Below the pieces are notes generated by a model. That model had not been told where the DNA came from and did no database searches. It was given only the letters and a program-made list of their open reading frames with translations. A stretch of 63,611 nt of DNA, the filler included, from Sphacelaria rigidula (Eukaryota): the NCBI GenBank assembly GCA_964200075.2. It is 11 parts of 11 records of this genome, joined end to end, with 100 filler letters (N's around TTAATTAATTAA, not from the genome) between each part and the next. Parts side by side here need not be neighbours in the genome. Positions count along the whole stretch, not along the records: positions 11,585 to 17,276 come from CAXNAA020025208.1; positions 17,377 to 23,068 come from CAXNAA020025209.1; positions 23,169 to 28,860 come from CAXNAA020025210.1; 8 more parts are not named here. One strand, 5' to 3'. Positions 11,957-23,307 of the stretch are shown one piece after another (positions within the stretch are counted from its first letter, which is position 1; every line of letters begins with the position of its first letter). Both the position numbers and the translations under genes were made by a program.

Positions 11957-12222
11957 GTAAAAGTGAACGAGGTCGAAAATATAGTGAAACACATTCAGCA
12001 ACATTTCCCTCTGTTTTTTTGTGTGTGAAAGCAGCCGGTCTCTTTTGAGTGCGTAGTGGCCATCGCAAAGTCCCTTTGTAATACGGCTCGTCAAAAAACG
12101 AATGCTTGAGGTTTTACTGTATGCACTGCTCGAAACGCACCGCAGTCGAAGATATCGAACTTGCACCTCCATCCTCTGTCTGCTCCGGCCCCGTCAATGT
12201 CAATGAATGTTCCCGTCGGCAG

Positions 12223-12409
12223 TGGCGATGATTGCCAGTCTCTCATCTGGGACTTGTCGTCCGTACCATCTTCGGTACCAAAGGCCGTCGAGGACCCCAT
12301 CTTGGCGTACACAGCAGAAGAGGAGGTCAACCAGCTGCAGTGGTCCGCGAGTCATCCAGAGTGGATAGCCATATCTTTCGCCAACAAGATGCAGATCTTG
12401 CGAGTCTGA
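12223..12409 (+). CDS. DCAF7: Last exon of DCAF7/WDR68 (AN11/TTG1/LWD-family) WD40 protein
   Basis: Acceptor cAG at 12221-12222. [15 protein letters not shown]...[40 protein letters not shown] matches the conserved DCAF7 C-terminus (DDxQALIWD...EDPILAYTA...W...ILRV). Confidence 0.93.
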
Positions 12410-14584
12410 TGAAAGTCAGCGGTGCTGTGCGAGGAAACACAACTAAATCGATGACACTAGGTCAGAGGAACTTTGCAAGATACGAGGTCAGAGGTGCATG
12501 GATTCCGCGGAAAACAAGTTATCATTCCGAGGGTAGATCGTTTTATCCCATCCCCATGCTCTCGAGAAGGCCAAGATACTCCTCCGCGAGTTGGGTGACT
12601 CTTGTACTCTGGATGGCATCCGTTGCTGATGCCACGACCATAGAGTTACCGTAGGTGGCGGATTATGACCCCCCCGTTGCGATCATCTTCCGACTTCGAA
12701 CTTCAAAAAGTAACGGTATTGGCCGAAAGTTTGTGGTTGGAAAATGTTTAAATCATCTGGAATCATCGGGGTTGTGCAGGGTCTCCTTTCTCGAGAACAT
12801 GGGACCTGGACAAGGTGATGATCACCTCGGATGGTTCTCTCTGTCAATTATTGCAGAGTTTGACACTGCTCGTCGCTCGCTTGTTCTTTTGGTCAACTCT
12901 GCTGTACATTTGCTATATCTACCTAGGGGGAGAGCTTCAAGTAGATGTGAAGTTGCGGGATTCGGTCTCAACGATGATATCCCCACTCGTTCTGTCTTGA
13001 GCATAGCAGACGGTACCTGTGGACGACAAAGGACTTTTATACTCTCCGCTGTATCTGCCTCACATTGAGCTACGGTGACGGTGTTTGCCGTTGGCGCTTG
13101 GTGACACGGATATATTTCTAGGTTCCCTCTCGGGAGTTGTGGCAGTTTGTCTAACGCTGTTGACCCTCTGGAAAATGGCGAATTGTGTTGTCGGGGAAGA
13201 GCCGGAAACGGCACCCCTCTGTCCTCCACGTTGTGAAGCTTGCGCAACCTGCCTAGACATACAAGCGTAGTCATTAGAGCACATTGAGCCAAATACAGCT
13301 TTGCTGCCATAGCTTTTGTGGCCAGCAAATCCGCTAAGGACAATGACGAGATGTAGAATGTCTGCACGCCAGTTTCGAAGGGTGTATCTATGTTGGTAAC
13401 AGGAGGGTGCACTGTGTCATGCCACCGGCGACTTTCAATGTACAAGGCGTATAGTCAACGACGCAACGGTTACTCTTGGCAGCTGAGTTGCCGGACCAAT
13501 CAAGCAACACATCGCCGGGCTGAGGAGATCACACCCTGCACAAAAGATTCCGTTGTCAAAAAATGTTCTGCGCACAGTATGGAACCTATTGTATATTGCA
13601 ATAGACGCAAAAGTCGGTACTCTACGCTGTCCACTTTTTGACAATGGAATCTGTTGTCCAGGGTGTGGAGAAGATACGAAAGATGTGCTTTCCAGTGCTG
13701 CCTGCTCGCAAGTACGGCAGTGCTACGTGCATTTTCGCGGATTCCCACCAGCTCCTGTATATTTTTTTTGCAGCTGTTTTTGTTTTTGTTTTTCAAAAAC
13801 TTTTATTGTTGTGGTTTATCTGGCGTTGTCCTCCTCTCCCATTTCTGACGAAACGGATTCAGCGTGTACCGACCTCGGGGAACTGTTGGTGGGATCGCAA
13901 TCGTTCCCGTGCGCATCATGAGCGATCGTGCTTGTGACCCGTTCAAACACAATGGTTCGAACCATGAATTGAGTGTGAATTACGCGAGATCCAATAAAGG
14001 GCAGGGCCGAATCCCAGGGCTGAGAGGTTGAGTTGATGAGGAATAACATGTGCGAGTAGCGGTGCTAGCTACAAGCACAGCTTCGTGGCGCGCTGTGAAG
14101 AATAAGAGTCTCTCTTCTGGAGATTGGGTACATGCCGTGTCATTCGCTAGAACTTTTCAGCTGTCATCTATTGGGCATATTGAAAGTACTGGAGGACGCG
14201 TGTCTATGGCTTGATTCTGGTGACCTCATTTTACCGTCATATCCATGCGTTTTGTAGTCTCAGGAGAAGTGGTACTGTAACTAATCAACGCCATTCATGC
14301 GTCGGGTCAAAGAACAAAAGGAGTATCGTAATCTTATTTTAGCGGAAGACTTATGATCATTGATTTTGGCGGAACGGCGATCCCTTGGGCGCGTTATAGA
14401 TGGCAATGAGGTGTGTTTGCTGGTTTTAAGTATTTTGTTTACATGATATGTATTCCGTTGTACGCGTTTGTTGTGTCTTGTATTATCCAACTGTTGCGTG
14501 AACTTCCGACTGGTACAGTAGGTGTCTTGAGTCTGTATGTTATGTGTGATAGGGACATGGAGTAGATCGTAGTGCGGGGTTATC

Positions 14585-14768
14585 GAAGAAGGAGGGGTTT
14601 GCTGTTTGCTGTTGGCAGGAGCCAGTGTGGGCTGTCCTCCTGCAACTACTCCGGAACGTGTGTACTTGATCAATATCTGCGAAATAGCTGATTTATTCTT
14701 GTCTGGTATCTTGTTAGTTTCTGGAGAAGTGACGTATCTGCATTCCGCTCCACGTTTTCGGACCAACA
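14585..14768 (+). mobile_element. Putative 3' LTR with polypurine tract
   Basis: PPT-like GAAGAAGGAGGGG at 14585-14597, then TGTTGG...CCAACA inverted termini (14610-14768). Confidence 0.5.
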
Positions 14769-16606
14769 CACTTCCATGTCGGCCGGGAGACAGCTGAAAA
14801 CAATATGAAAGCTACTGATCACGACGTACTCATCAGCTGTGACTCGGTGTTTGTTAACCCCGTTCTATGAAGAGTATGGTAGTGGCGTGCGGGTAACACT
14901 GCGAATTAGCTGATCTCCCATTTCTTCTACTCGCCCCCTCAATTTGGTTCGAATTATTTTTATCACTTTCGGACTGATGCCGCGATGGTTCCTCCCCCAG
15001 AAAAATGACGGATTTGAGGAGGCAAAATGAGCGTGTAAACCAGAATGACAAAAGCTGAGTACTCGCTTTCGCAAATGTCGCCCATATGAGACGCTTCATG
15101 CAGTTTCAAAGCAGCTCTCATGGACTGTCCGGTCAGTTTCTTCGTGACAGTTTTGGGGCTTGTTTGGGGGGGGGAGGGGGGAGTTATCGCGGTATTTATT
15201 ATTAGCCTTCAACTTGTAGCATCGCACTTTGCGCTCAGCATTAGAGTCTCGAAGTTCAGATCAATCTCCGTTCACCGTTCGCCGGTTTGGATGCGTGTGA
15301 GCAAAACAATGGGTGGCCATCACACCAAGTAGGCAGAAACTCGTCGTGATCGTCCACTGCGGAATTAATGGAGGTGACTTCGCGCAATCAGTCGCTTGTC
15401 AGTGCTTTCCAGCTTTATGCCGTACAGCACATTTGAGCGGTCATGAAAAAGTTTTCGAAAAAGTTCTTGAAATACCCAAAATTCGTCCGATTGAACTCAA
15501 ACTGAGGATGCGTGTACTGGGGGGGTGAAACAACAGTTGATCGTTCTCTTGAACAATTGTGCAGGACCGTTCTCTTGGTAATCTACCTGTTGTTGTTCAT
15601 CGCTCTACAATTGTTCGGCCTTTCTAAAAATTCAAATCCAGTCAATGGCAACCCCTGCCAACTTTTGTCATTGAGTGTACTTGAGAAGTTCCTCGCAGTT
15701 TTTTCTTCATCACCGCTTGAATGTGCTAAAGTCGGGAGATGACGGAAATATATGCAGGTCGTGCTCAAAACTACAACTCCCAAGTTGGTGTTGTTTGAGC
15801 GATATGGAGTCAAGACCCCGTCTGTCGGGGAGGTGTGACTGACCGTGACTGGTCCAATGAACACAGTTTTTCGGCTCTAGCGCAACGAGTAAGTCTAAAT
15901 TTGATTTTTGTTTGTGGTACACATTTGTTCACGAGAACATTCGAGATTGGTTCGATCGAGCAAGAATACCCAAGTGTCAAAATCTGGGACTATGTACTCG
16001 CAGGACCCTCAAGTACTGGTCAGCCTGTAAAGTAGCTGGATATTGTTTTCAGGAATTGTTAAGGCTGTGAACTGGACCAGTTTGTACTGGCGATTAAACT
16101 GGAACTGGAGTTCAAGTGGAACTGGTGATACGGACTCCAGATGATCCAGTTTCTTTGAAGTTTGCCGTTACCGGCTATGTTTATACCAATTTCAGTATGG
16201 TGAGATTTTGTAACAAATATGGTGACATTATTACGAACAAAATGGCAGTAGAAGTGGGGCCTGCACCTGACAGCAGTACAAGTACAGACAGTACTCGTGG
16301 TACGAGCTGGGCCAGCCTAGAAGCGGATCTGGAGTCTGCAGGTCCATTCGCAATTCAATACTGAGAGTCGGACCCTAAAATTTGGTATGGACAGTCAATA
16401 GGGCAAGAAAAAAAGGTGTGCGTGGACCCAAATATGTTTTTTTTCATATTTTATCGGCGTTTCACTGGAGAAAAAACACTCTTTGGGTCAACGCACTTTT
16501 CTTTTTATGCCCCATTGATTGTACATACCAATTTTTAGGGTCCAACTCTAGCTCCAAGTATTAAATTGCGAATGGGCCGTTCAAAAACGGGTCGGTGAAA
16601 TTTGAG

Positions 16607-16790
16607 ACAGTATTTCGCAGGCCACTTCCCGGCTCACGTTTGGTCTTTGAGAACTGAAATTTTGTGTGGGTCCTCGCTGGGGCATAATGAACCGAAAAAA
16701 GTGGATCGTTTTTTTTTTTTAACTGGTTTACGGCGTTTTAGTAGGGTAACGACCAAATTTTTACGAGAACGCCCGAATCCCCTCCCTCCA
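16607..16790. repeat. Dispersed repeat (second copy about 46050-46230)
   Basis: Shared CAGTATTTCGCAGGCC...CACGTTTGG...GTGTGGG...CATAAT...GTGGA segment. Confidence 0.7.
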
Positions 16791-17194
16791 GAGAATGAAC
16801 GTTTATTTTATTTTATTTATTTAGCATACCTTATCCCCGCGTGCTGCCAGCCTTGGCTTGTTTGTATCCTCCTCTCCTCACGGAAAGCCTGCTGCTGCAT
16901 ATTACAGATGAATGTTTTTCAAATCGCTCACCGCTTTGAATGGGATTAGAATATCTTCTGAGACTCTAGCTCCTCAATGTGAGGGGTCACATTTTCTACA
17001 ATTTTCAACATTGTTGAAGGAAAAACAAGCCAAATGACGCAGTTTTTTCAGCCTCCGGCGGCGCTCCCGCGAGGCTCCCTCACCAGCCTGGGGGGGGGAG
17101 AGGGGGACGTTTGCGGCTCGCAGCTCGCGGCTTCGCCGCTCGCCTCCCTGTGTTGGTTCCTGCATATTCTCACTCGAAAACTCGGAAAAGCTTC

Positions 17195-17276
17195 ACATTC
17201 GACACTTTCTACGATAACCCCCCCCCCCAAAACCAACTAAAAGTGTCACGAAAAAAATGGCCACACGGCGCCTGAT
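17195..17276. repeat. Dispersed repeat end; reverse complement at 23169-23250
   Basis: GTGTCACGAAAAAAATGGCCA...GCGCCTGAT is seen on both contigs, each time at an assembly break. Confidence 0.8.
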
Positions 17277-17579
17277 NNNNNNNNNNNNNNNNNNNNNNNN
17301 NNNNNNNNNNNNNNNNNNNNTTAATTAATTAANNNNNNNNNNNNNNNNNNNNNNNNNNNNNNNNNNNNNNNNNNNNGAAATCCAAGTTTCTATGGCGTGT
17401 AGCAGTTGTCAATAGCTATCAGTAGGTGAAGAAATGGAACAATATTTCGAAGATTTGGTGTGGATATGAAGATTTTAATTCTCCGGGTTTCTCATCCCCA
17501 ATAAAAGATCCATCCCCAATTTGTAAGATCTCGTGTTTAATCCAACCGCACTGGGGTGGCATTTCCGAGGTTGTGTTCT

Positions 17580-18082
17580 GGAGGGTACGGGTATTTTCTG
17601 CAGGGTATTAAATGTTTTGCGGAACTTACAGAAATATCGGGTAGGGGTGCGAAAGCCTTACAGATACTACAAAATTACCAGGCACCGGTTTGAAAGTCTG
17701 ACATAATTTGCAGGACTTGTCGGGTACGGTTTGGGAGGCTTATAGAAAAACTGTCCCGGCAATCGAGTATTTCTCCAAGAACACACCCGCGCTCCGGGTA
17801 CGGGTAAACATTATGTATAGAACTGTCGGGTAAGGGTATGGGAGGCTTACATAACTCCAGAAACTATCGGATACGATATGGAGGTTGCACAGAAAACCGT
17901 ACCCGCAACCGGGTATGTCATCAAGAGCATACTCGTACCCCCTGGTATCCATACGGGAGGCTTATAGAACTCCCAGAACTGTCGAGTACCGGTATGACAA
18001 TCTTACAGAAGTCATAGAACCGTATGGTACGGTAAATACCCGGGAAAATACTCCGCGTATACGAAACCCGTACTCTACAGAA
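17580..18082. repeat. Degenerate minisatellite-like array (CTTACAGAA...CGGGTACGG motifs)
   Basis: Recurrent CTTAYAGAA and GGTACGG words at short intervals. Confidence 0.75.
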
Positions 18083-19485
18083 GACAAGCTTGGTTTCATC
18101 ACCACTGTGATGGGTACGTCATGTTGGTCGTGTGGTAATTTGACTCAGTGGGAACAGCATGAGATGGAAAAGCACGAGATCCAGGGTACTGTTCCGCGAT
18201 TGTTGGTAAAAAATGCGGCAGGTTAGCTGATGCGAAACGTTACTGTTCAGATTGATCCTCAGAACGTTCTGCCTGGTGTTTTCTCATTTTTGTCGCAAAT
18301 TGACTGGGAGGAACGCAGAGTTCTTTTGTGTTGTATCGTACGCTTCATCCAGATAGAAAGTACGGAGAGTGGTCTTAAGGTGTGCTGTGCGTTCTCGATT
18401 GAACAGTGGATTCTAGAAAATGAGGTTCATAAAATCGACAAAATAGTAAAAACGAAACTGTGTGCCAAATGGAATAGCGGAAGGGTAATAATATAGGTAA
18501 CAGTAAGTCGTATTTGCATGAGCTAGCGAGTCATCGTAACTTGCATGACCGAAATGCTATTATTGTTGTTCGCTCAAGTACACGGTTTGCACAGTAGAGA
18601 CACGCAATGCGAAAACAACTATGGTCAACACTATTCTATTTGTAACACTTGCTGAGGTGGCAAATGATACACGAATCAGGTGTTGGAGTTTGGTTAACCT
18701 TTGAAGGCAAGGCCGCGTATGGGACACTGTAGCCGACTGTCCTTTAATGCCGGTAACACGCCCATAACTATTAGGTAGCCCCGTTGTTCTATACAGTACA
18801 GTGCGTAATGACAAGCCCTGATATCAAACACCAACACCTTACTCCCGAGGTTTGGCGTTATGATTGATGCTGGAGCCATGAGTTGTCGAACAATTCGTGG
18901 GGAGCTAATCCAGGATTTATCAGCGGCATGTCGCAGCCAAATGATTACGGTCGAGGAACACCGACTATCTGCCCCTAGCAAACACCGCTCTTGTGATCGC
19001 ATCAGTACAATATCTCAGCCTGAAGTTGCCACGAGTTGGCTATTTACGGAGGGCGCGAGAACAACGACTACAAGAGTGGAATGTGGCAGTGACGCACTCT
19101 TGGTTTCGTAAGTACCGAAACCCGTTGTACTTGAAACTACGACGGAGTACTTGGTTCCACCACGGGGCGGGTATCAACCGTCAACTCAATTTCAGAGTCG
19201 GGTACCAGCATGTCGTCGGTCTCACGCGGTGAGAATTAGTTTGGCGCTCTAATTCCATATCTGTGTGATTATAGATCGCTCTGCTCCGCATCACACTTCC
19301 AATTTTCCTATCCTTTCTTACATTGGAATTGAATGGGAAAGGCACAGAAGAGACAGACGCCCTCAATGAAGAAAAGGAAGAACGCCATACAAGCAGAAGA
19401 AGGGGCGGAAAGAAAGTAAGGGCCATAGATTGACGATGACAACTCTTTCGCGCATCGCACCACGCAAATTCCAGACATTATCGTT

Positions 19486-20400
19486 TTAGTGCGAGTGACG
19501 TCCTTCCACGTGCGCAAGGGTACGCAGGAAGGCGGAGCTGAGACCGGAGTCGTCGCTCGGCAAGTTCCCGCTAGGTTCTCTCAATCCATCCCTGGCCACT
19601 ACTTGTAGATCCGTCCTGACGTACACGTACAACACGTGCCTCCCGGACTGCCAGTGGGCATCGGACGAGGCAAACGCGCTAGTGCCACCCCCAGTAGTGC
19701 AATCGTACTTAAGCCATTTCCATTGCAAACGCAACTGCGTGACGTAGTGGGCGCCCACCCAGATGAGTTACGCAACCGAGATCAAGGAGTACTCTACGCC
19801 TCAAGAGAGAGAGTCTCAGACGCGTCGGGGGGAACGCCAACGACTGCGTCGACGGCAGCAGCACTCGACGGAATAAATAGGCGATCGGGGGCGTTGATAA
19901 TCGAGAAAGGCAGGAAATTCCAAAAACACTTGTCCGATGGGATGATCCCGCATGAAGGACACACTCCCGCCCCGGGGGAAGAAAAGTCAAGACAAGTACC
20001 TCCAAAAAATCAATCAATCACGGCGGCCGGCAGAGTTTTACTATATCTGTGAGGAACCATGAAGATAGCTGGGTCACGCAAAGCCGCAGATTGCTCGGGC
20101 GTTATCGTCCGCAGGCTGTGGTCGTCTACGGAGCAAGTAACGTGGCGCCTCCACGAGATCCCTATCGATTCTCGCGTAAGCAAAACCAGTTGGAGGTTGC
20201 TAGCGCGTGTCCGGCCAGTTCGCTGGCACGTGGGGCTTGCATCCTTGGCAAATGGCTTCGAACACGCTCGCCGTGTCGCCTATTTGATCACGCTTCCGGA
20301 TAAACCGCCGTCTGACACGACGAAGTCGCGCACTTCCGCCAGCTACACCTGGCGAAGGTTAGTTGGCATTTGGGAGAGTTAGACGATGAAAGAGAGCTAC
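19486..20400 (-). pseudogene. Ubiquitin-specific protease (peptidase C19)-like C-terminal region, disrupted
   Basis: Minus strand reads ...VTCSVDDH...VCPSCG...[frameshift] GVEYSLISVA*LIWVGAHYVTQLRLQWKWLKYDC...RHVLYVYVR, resembling the USP His box (YxLxxV..GHY...WxxxDD...YxLFYxR). Confidence 0.4.
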
Positions 20401-20625
20401 GTGGCCGAATCAATCCCAGGGTGGTTGGATTCAGGAAGTGCGATTTAGTGGAAAATCTATCCGGCCAGTCAGAAACGAAGGGTTCGTCCGGTCGGTCAGA
20501 AGAGAACCGCAGAATTGCAGAAGGCCATCTGCAGACGGCCTTCGGTGCACCTTTCGTAGCTCTGCTGCCTCTTTAGGGCCAAGAACCTTTGATCCATCGA
20601 CTCTTTGGGGCTCTGAGAGCGTGTC

Positions 20626-20825
20626 TTAGCACTTTTGTTTTCGATCGAAAAAATGCGGTCGAATTTGTTTTTGCCGATCTCATAGGTCCACCGCATTCAC
20701 GTTCCTTGAAGACTTCAACTCAAGATTATAACCTAGCGGCGCGCGGAGAATGCAACGAGGTATAAAACAATCGTTTGAGATTGAAAACATGCGGTCGAAA
20801 CGCACGAAGCGGCACTTGACTCCTA
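20626..20825. mobile_element. Fragment of the Harbinger-like MITE family seen at 59469-60287
   Basis: Reverse complement of about 60077-60283. Confidence 0.8.
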
Positions 20826-21230
20826 TCTCACAAATAGTCTTCTACTTGTGATGCTAGAAAGGTCATTTTTTATGCTAGTGATAGAGTTTCGGAAAACGCT
20901 TCTTTTTTTTCATTTCAGAGTGCAGATATCCCAGGAGCAGAGTGCAGATGAATAAAAATCGAAAAGAAGTCAAGGGGATACCACATTTGACGGAGGGGGA
21001 ACTAATTTTTCGTTACACTCTGATCCTGAGATATTTGCACTCTGAAATGACAAAAAAGGGTTTTCCGAAAATCTCTAATGTCACCAAAAATAATGCTCGT
21101 AAAGTGGAATTTATGCTCGATTTATGCTCGCAACGTGGAATTCGTGCTTGATTATGCTCGTAATATCCAACAAGGATGGCATTCTCGACCGGATACAGAC
21201 CCAACGATCACTATATGCATGTAATATATA

Positions 21231-22031
21231 CAGAGGGGGGCTCTCAGTAGTGCCGGTATGTGCCCACCACGGACACCGGCACTACTCAGAGAGCCCGGCA
21301 CTACTCTGAAAAGTGCCAAAACAGGTGCACTTGAGAGCTCTGAATACCTCAGTAGTGCCGGTTCTGGCACTGCTGACGACCGTTCGTTCGTACAGTGCTA
21401 CCCCTGCCCTTCGTGGGACCAACGGAAGCACAAAACGGACGAGGGCCTTCGTTTCAAGGGGTTTCGATAGAATACGTCACGTAAGGTTTCGGGGTTGCAA
21501 AACTAAACCCGAGTTTTTTTCGTTTTTCGCATTCTACTTGATTTATCCTGCTCACAGGTTGATCATTTCCTTCCCTACTAGCACAACAGCAGCAGTACGG
21601 CCACAAAAGTTGCTCATGCCGAAAGACCTTCCCGACAAGAAAAACAAGGACACATCTGCACCCGACGCAACTAAGAAGGTGCGACATCTGGTGTGGATAA
21701 AGACTCACGAAAGAGTACGCCGCCAACCAAAAGGAGTGAGCGAGAAAGAATGAACCACACCCCTTTTCACTTCCTACCGGCTACCGAGACAAGGAGAGAG
21801 AGAGACAAACGACCTCGAAAAAAAAACACACCGATACGACTTCTCCCGTGGCTGTGCTCGGGCGTAGATACTACGGGCTACCCGATAACGGTGATAACCG
21901 GCACTGTTGAGGGTACAAAACCCTTCAAACCGGCACTTCTGAGGGTTATCTGTCAGTAGTGCCGCCCGACACTACTGCGAGCTCTGGCTGTGCCCGGAGA
22001 TTTTAACGGCATTATATAGGTGCCTCCCCCG
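21231..22031. mobile_element. MITE-like element with clustered GGCACTACT/AGTAGTGCC subterminal motifs at both ends
   Basis: Motif clusters in both orientations at 21240-21375 and 21895-21980. Confidence 0.55.
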
Positions 22032-23000
22032 CGTGCATTTGTTGTTGCTTTTGTGCTGCTGAGTGTTGATCGCGTGGACCTTGCGGTTCATTCGAACGTC
22101 GTTTATTGAATGTGACGTCAACACGCCGGAGATACGGCATGCCATATCTCAACCTTCATCCATGATCGGAGTTAAAACAACAGGAACATTTCAGAACAAT
22201 TTCACGGAATGGGCCTTACCTTCCCACGTGCATTTTTTTTCTGATATTATGTTGCTGCGTGTTGATCGCGTGGACCTTGCGGTTCATCCGAGCTATCGTT
22301 TGTTGATTTTGACGCCAACATGCCGGAGGTATGGCATGCCATACCTCAACCCCTGATCCATGATCGGAGGTGAACCGACAGGAAAATTTCAGAACAATTT
22401 CACGCAATGGGCCTTACCTTTCCGCGTGCATTTGTTGTTGAACCCCTCATCCATACGGAGGTGAACCAACAGGACCATTCTAGAACAATTTCACGGAATG
22501 GGCCCTTACTTTTTGTGCGCATGCTAGTTTTTTTTCTTCAACTGGCCGTTGTTCGCGTGGACCTTACGGTTCATCTGAGCTATCGTTTGTTGAATTTGAC
22601 GTCGACACGCCGTAGATATGGCATGACATATCTCAACCCTTCATCCATGATCGGAGGGAAATCAACAGGAACATTTCAGAAAAGTTTCACGCAATGGGCC
22701 TTAACTTTATGTGTCCTTGCTCTTTCTTTTTTTCTGTTACTGGCCATTGTTCGCGTGGACCTTACGGTTCATCCGAGCTATCGTTTGTTGAATTCGACGT
22801 CGACACGCCGTAGATATGGCATGCCATATCTCAACCCTTCATCCATGATCGGACGCAAACCAAGAGGAAAATTTCAGAAACGTTTCACGGAATGGGCCTT
22901 GACTTATTGTGTTCTTGCTCTTTTTTCTTCTTCTTTGCTGGCCATTGTTCGCGTGGACCTTGCGGTTCATCCGAGCTATCGTTCGTTGGAATTGACCCAA
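22031..23000. repeat. Tandem repeat, ~197-bp unit, about 5 copies plus one partial
   Basis: CGCGTGGACC anchor at 22071, 22267, 22554, 22752 and 22950. Confidence 0.92.
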
Positions 23001-23307
23001 AAATGCTCGAGTTACGTCTTTTCATGTATCCATCCCTACTAACAATGTTCTCCCGTAATACAATAGTTNNNNNNNNNNNNNNNNNNNNNNNNNNNNNNNN
23101 NNNNNNNNNNNNTTAATTAATTAANNNNNNNNNNNNNNNNNNNNNNNNNNNNNNNNNNNNNNNNNNNNACATCAGGCGCTGTATGGCCATTTTTTTCGTG
23201 ACACTTTTTACCTGGTTTTTTGGGGGGAGCTATCGTCGAAAGTGTCAGATAGTCTTCGTGTGTGCTGTCGGCGGCGCCGAAGACGTTAAGACGCCGGTGT
23301 CGGCATG

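Noticed and set aside
22407..23042. 211-aa ORF with repeated hydrophobic segments
   Set aside because: By-product of a 198-bp tandem repeat. Neighbouring units break the frame.
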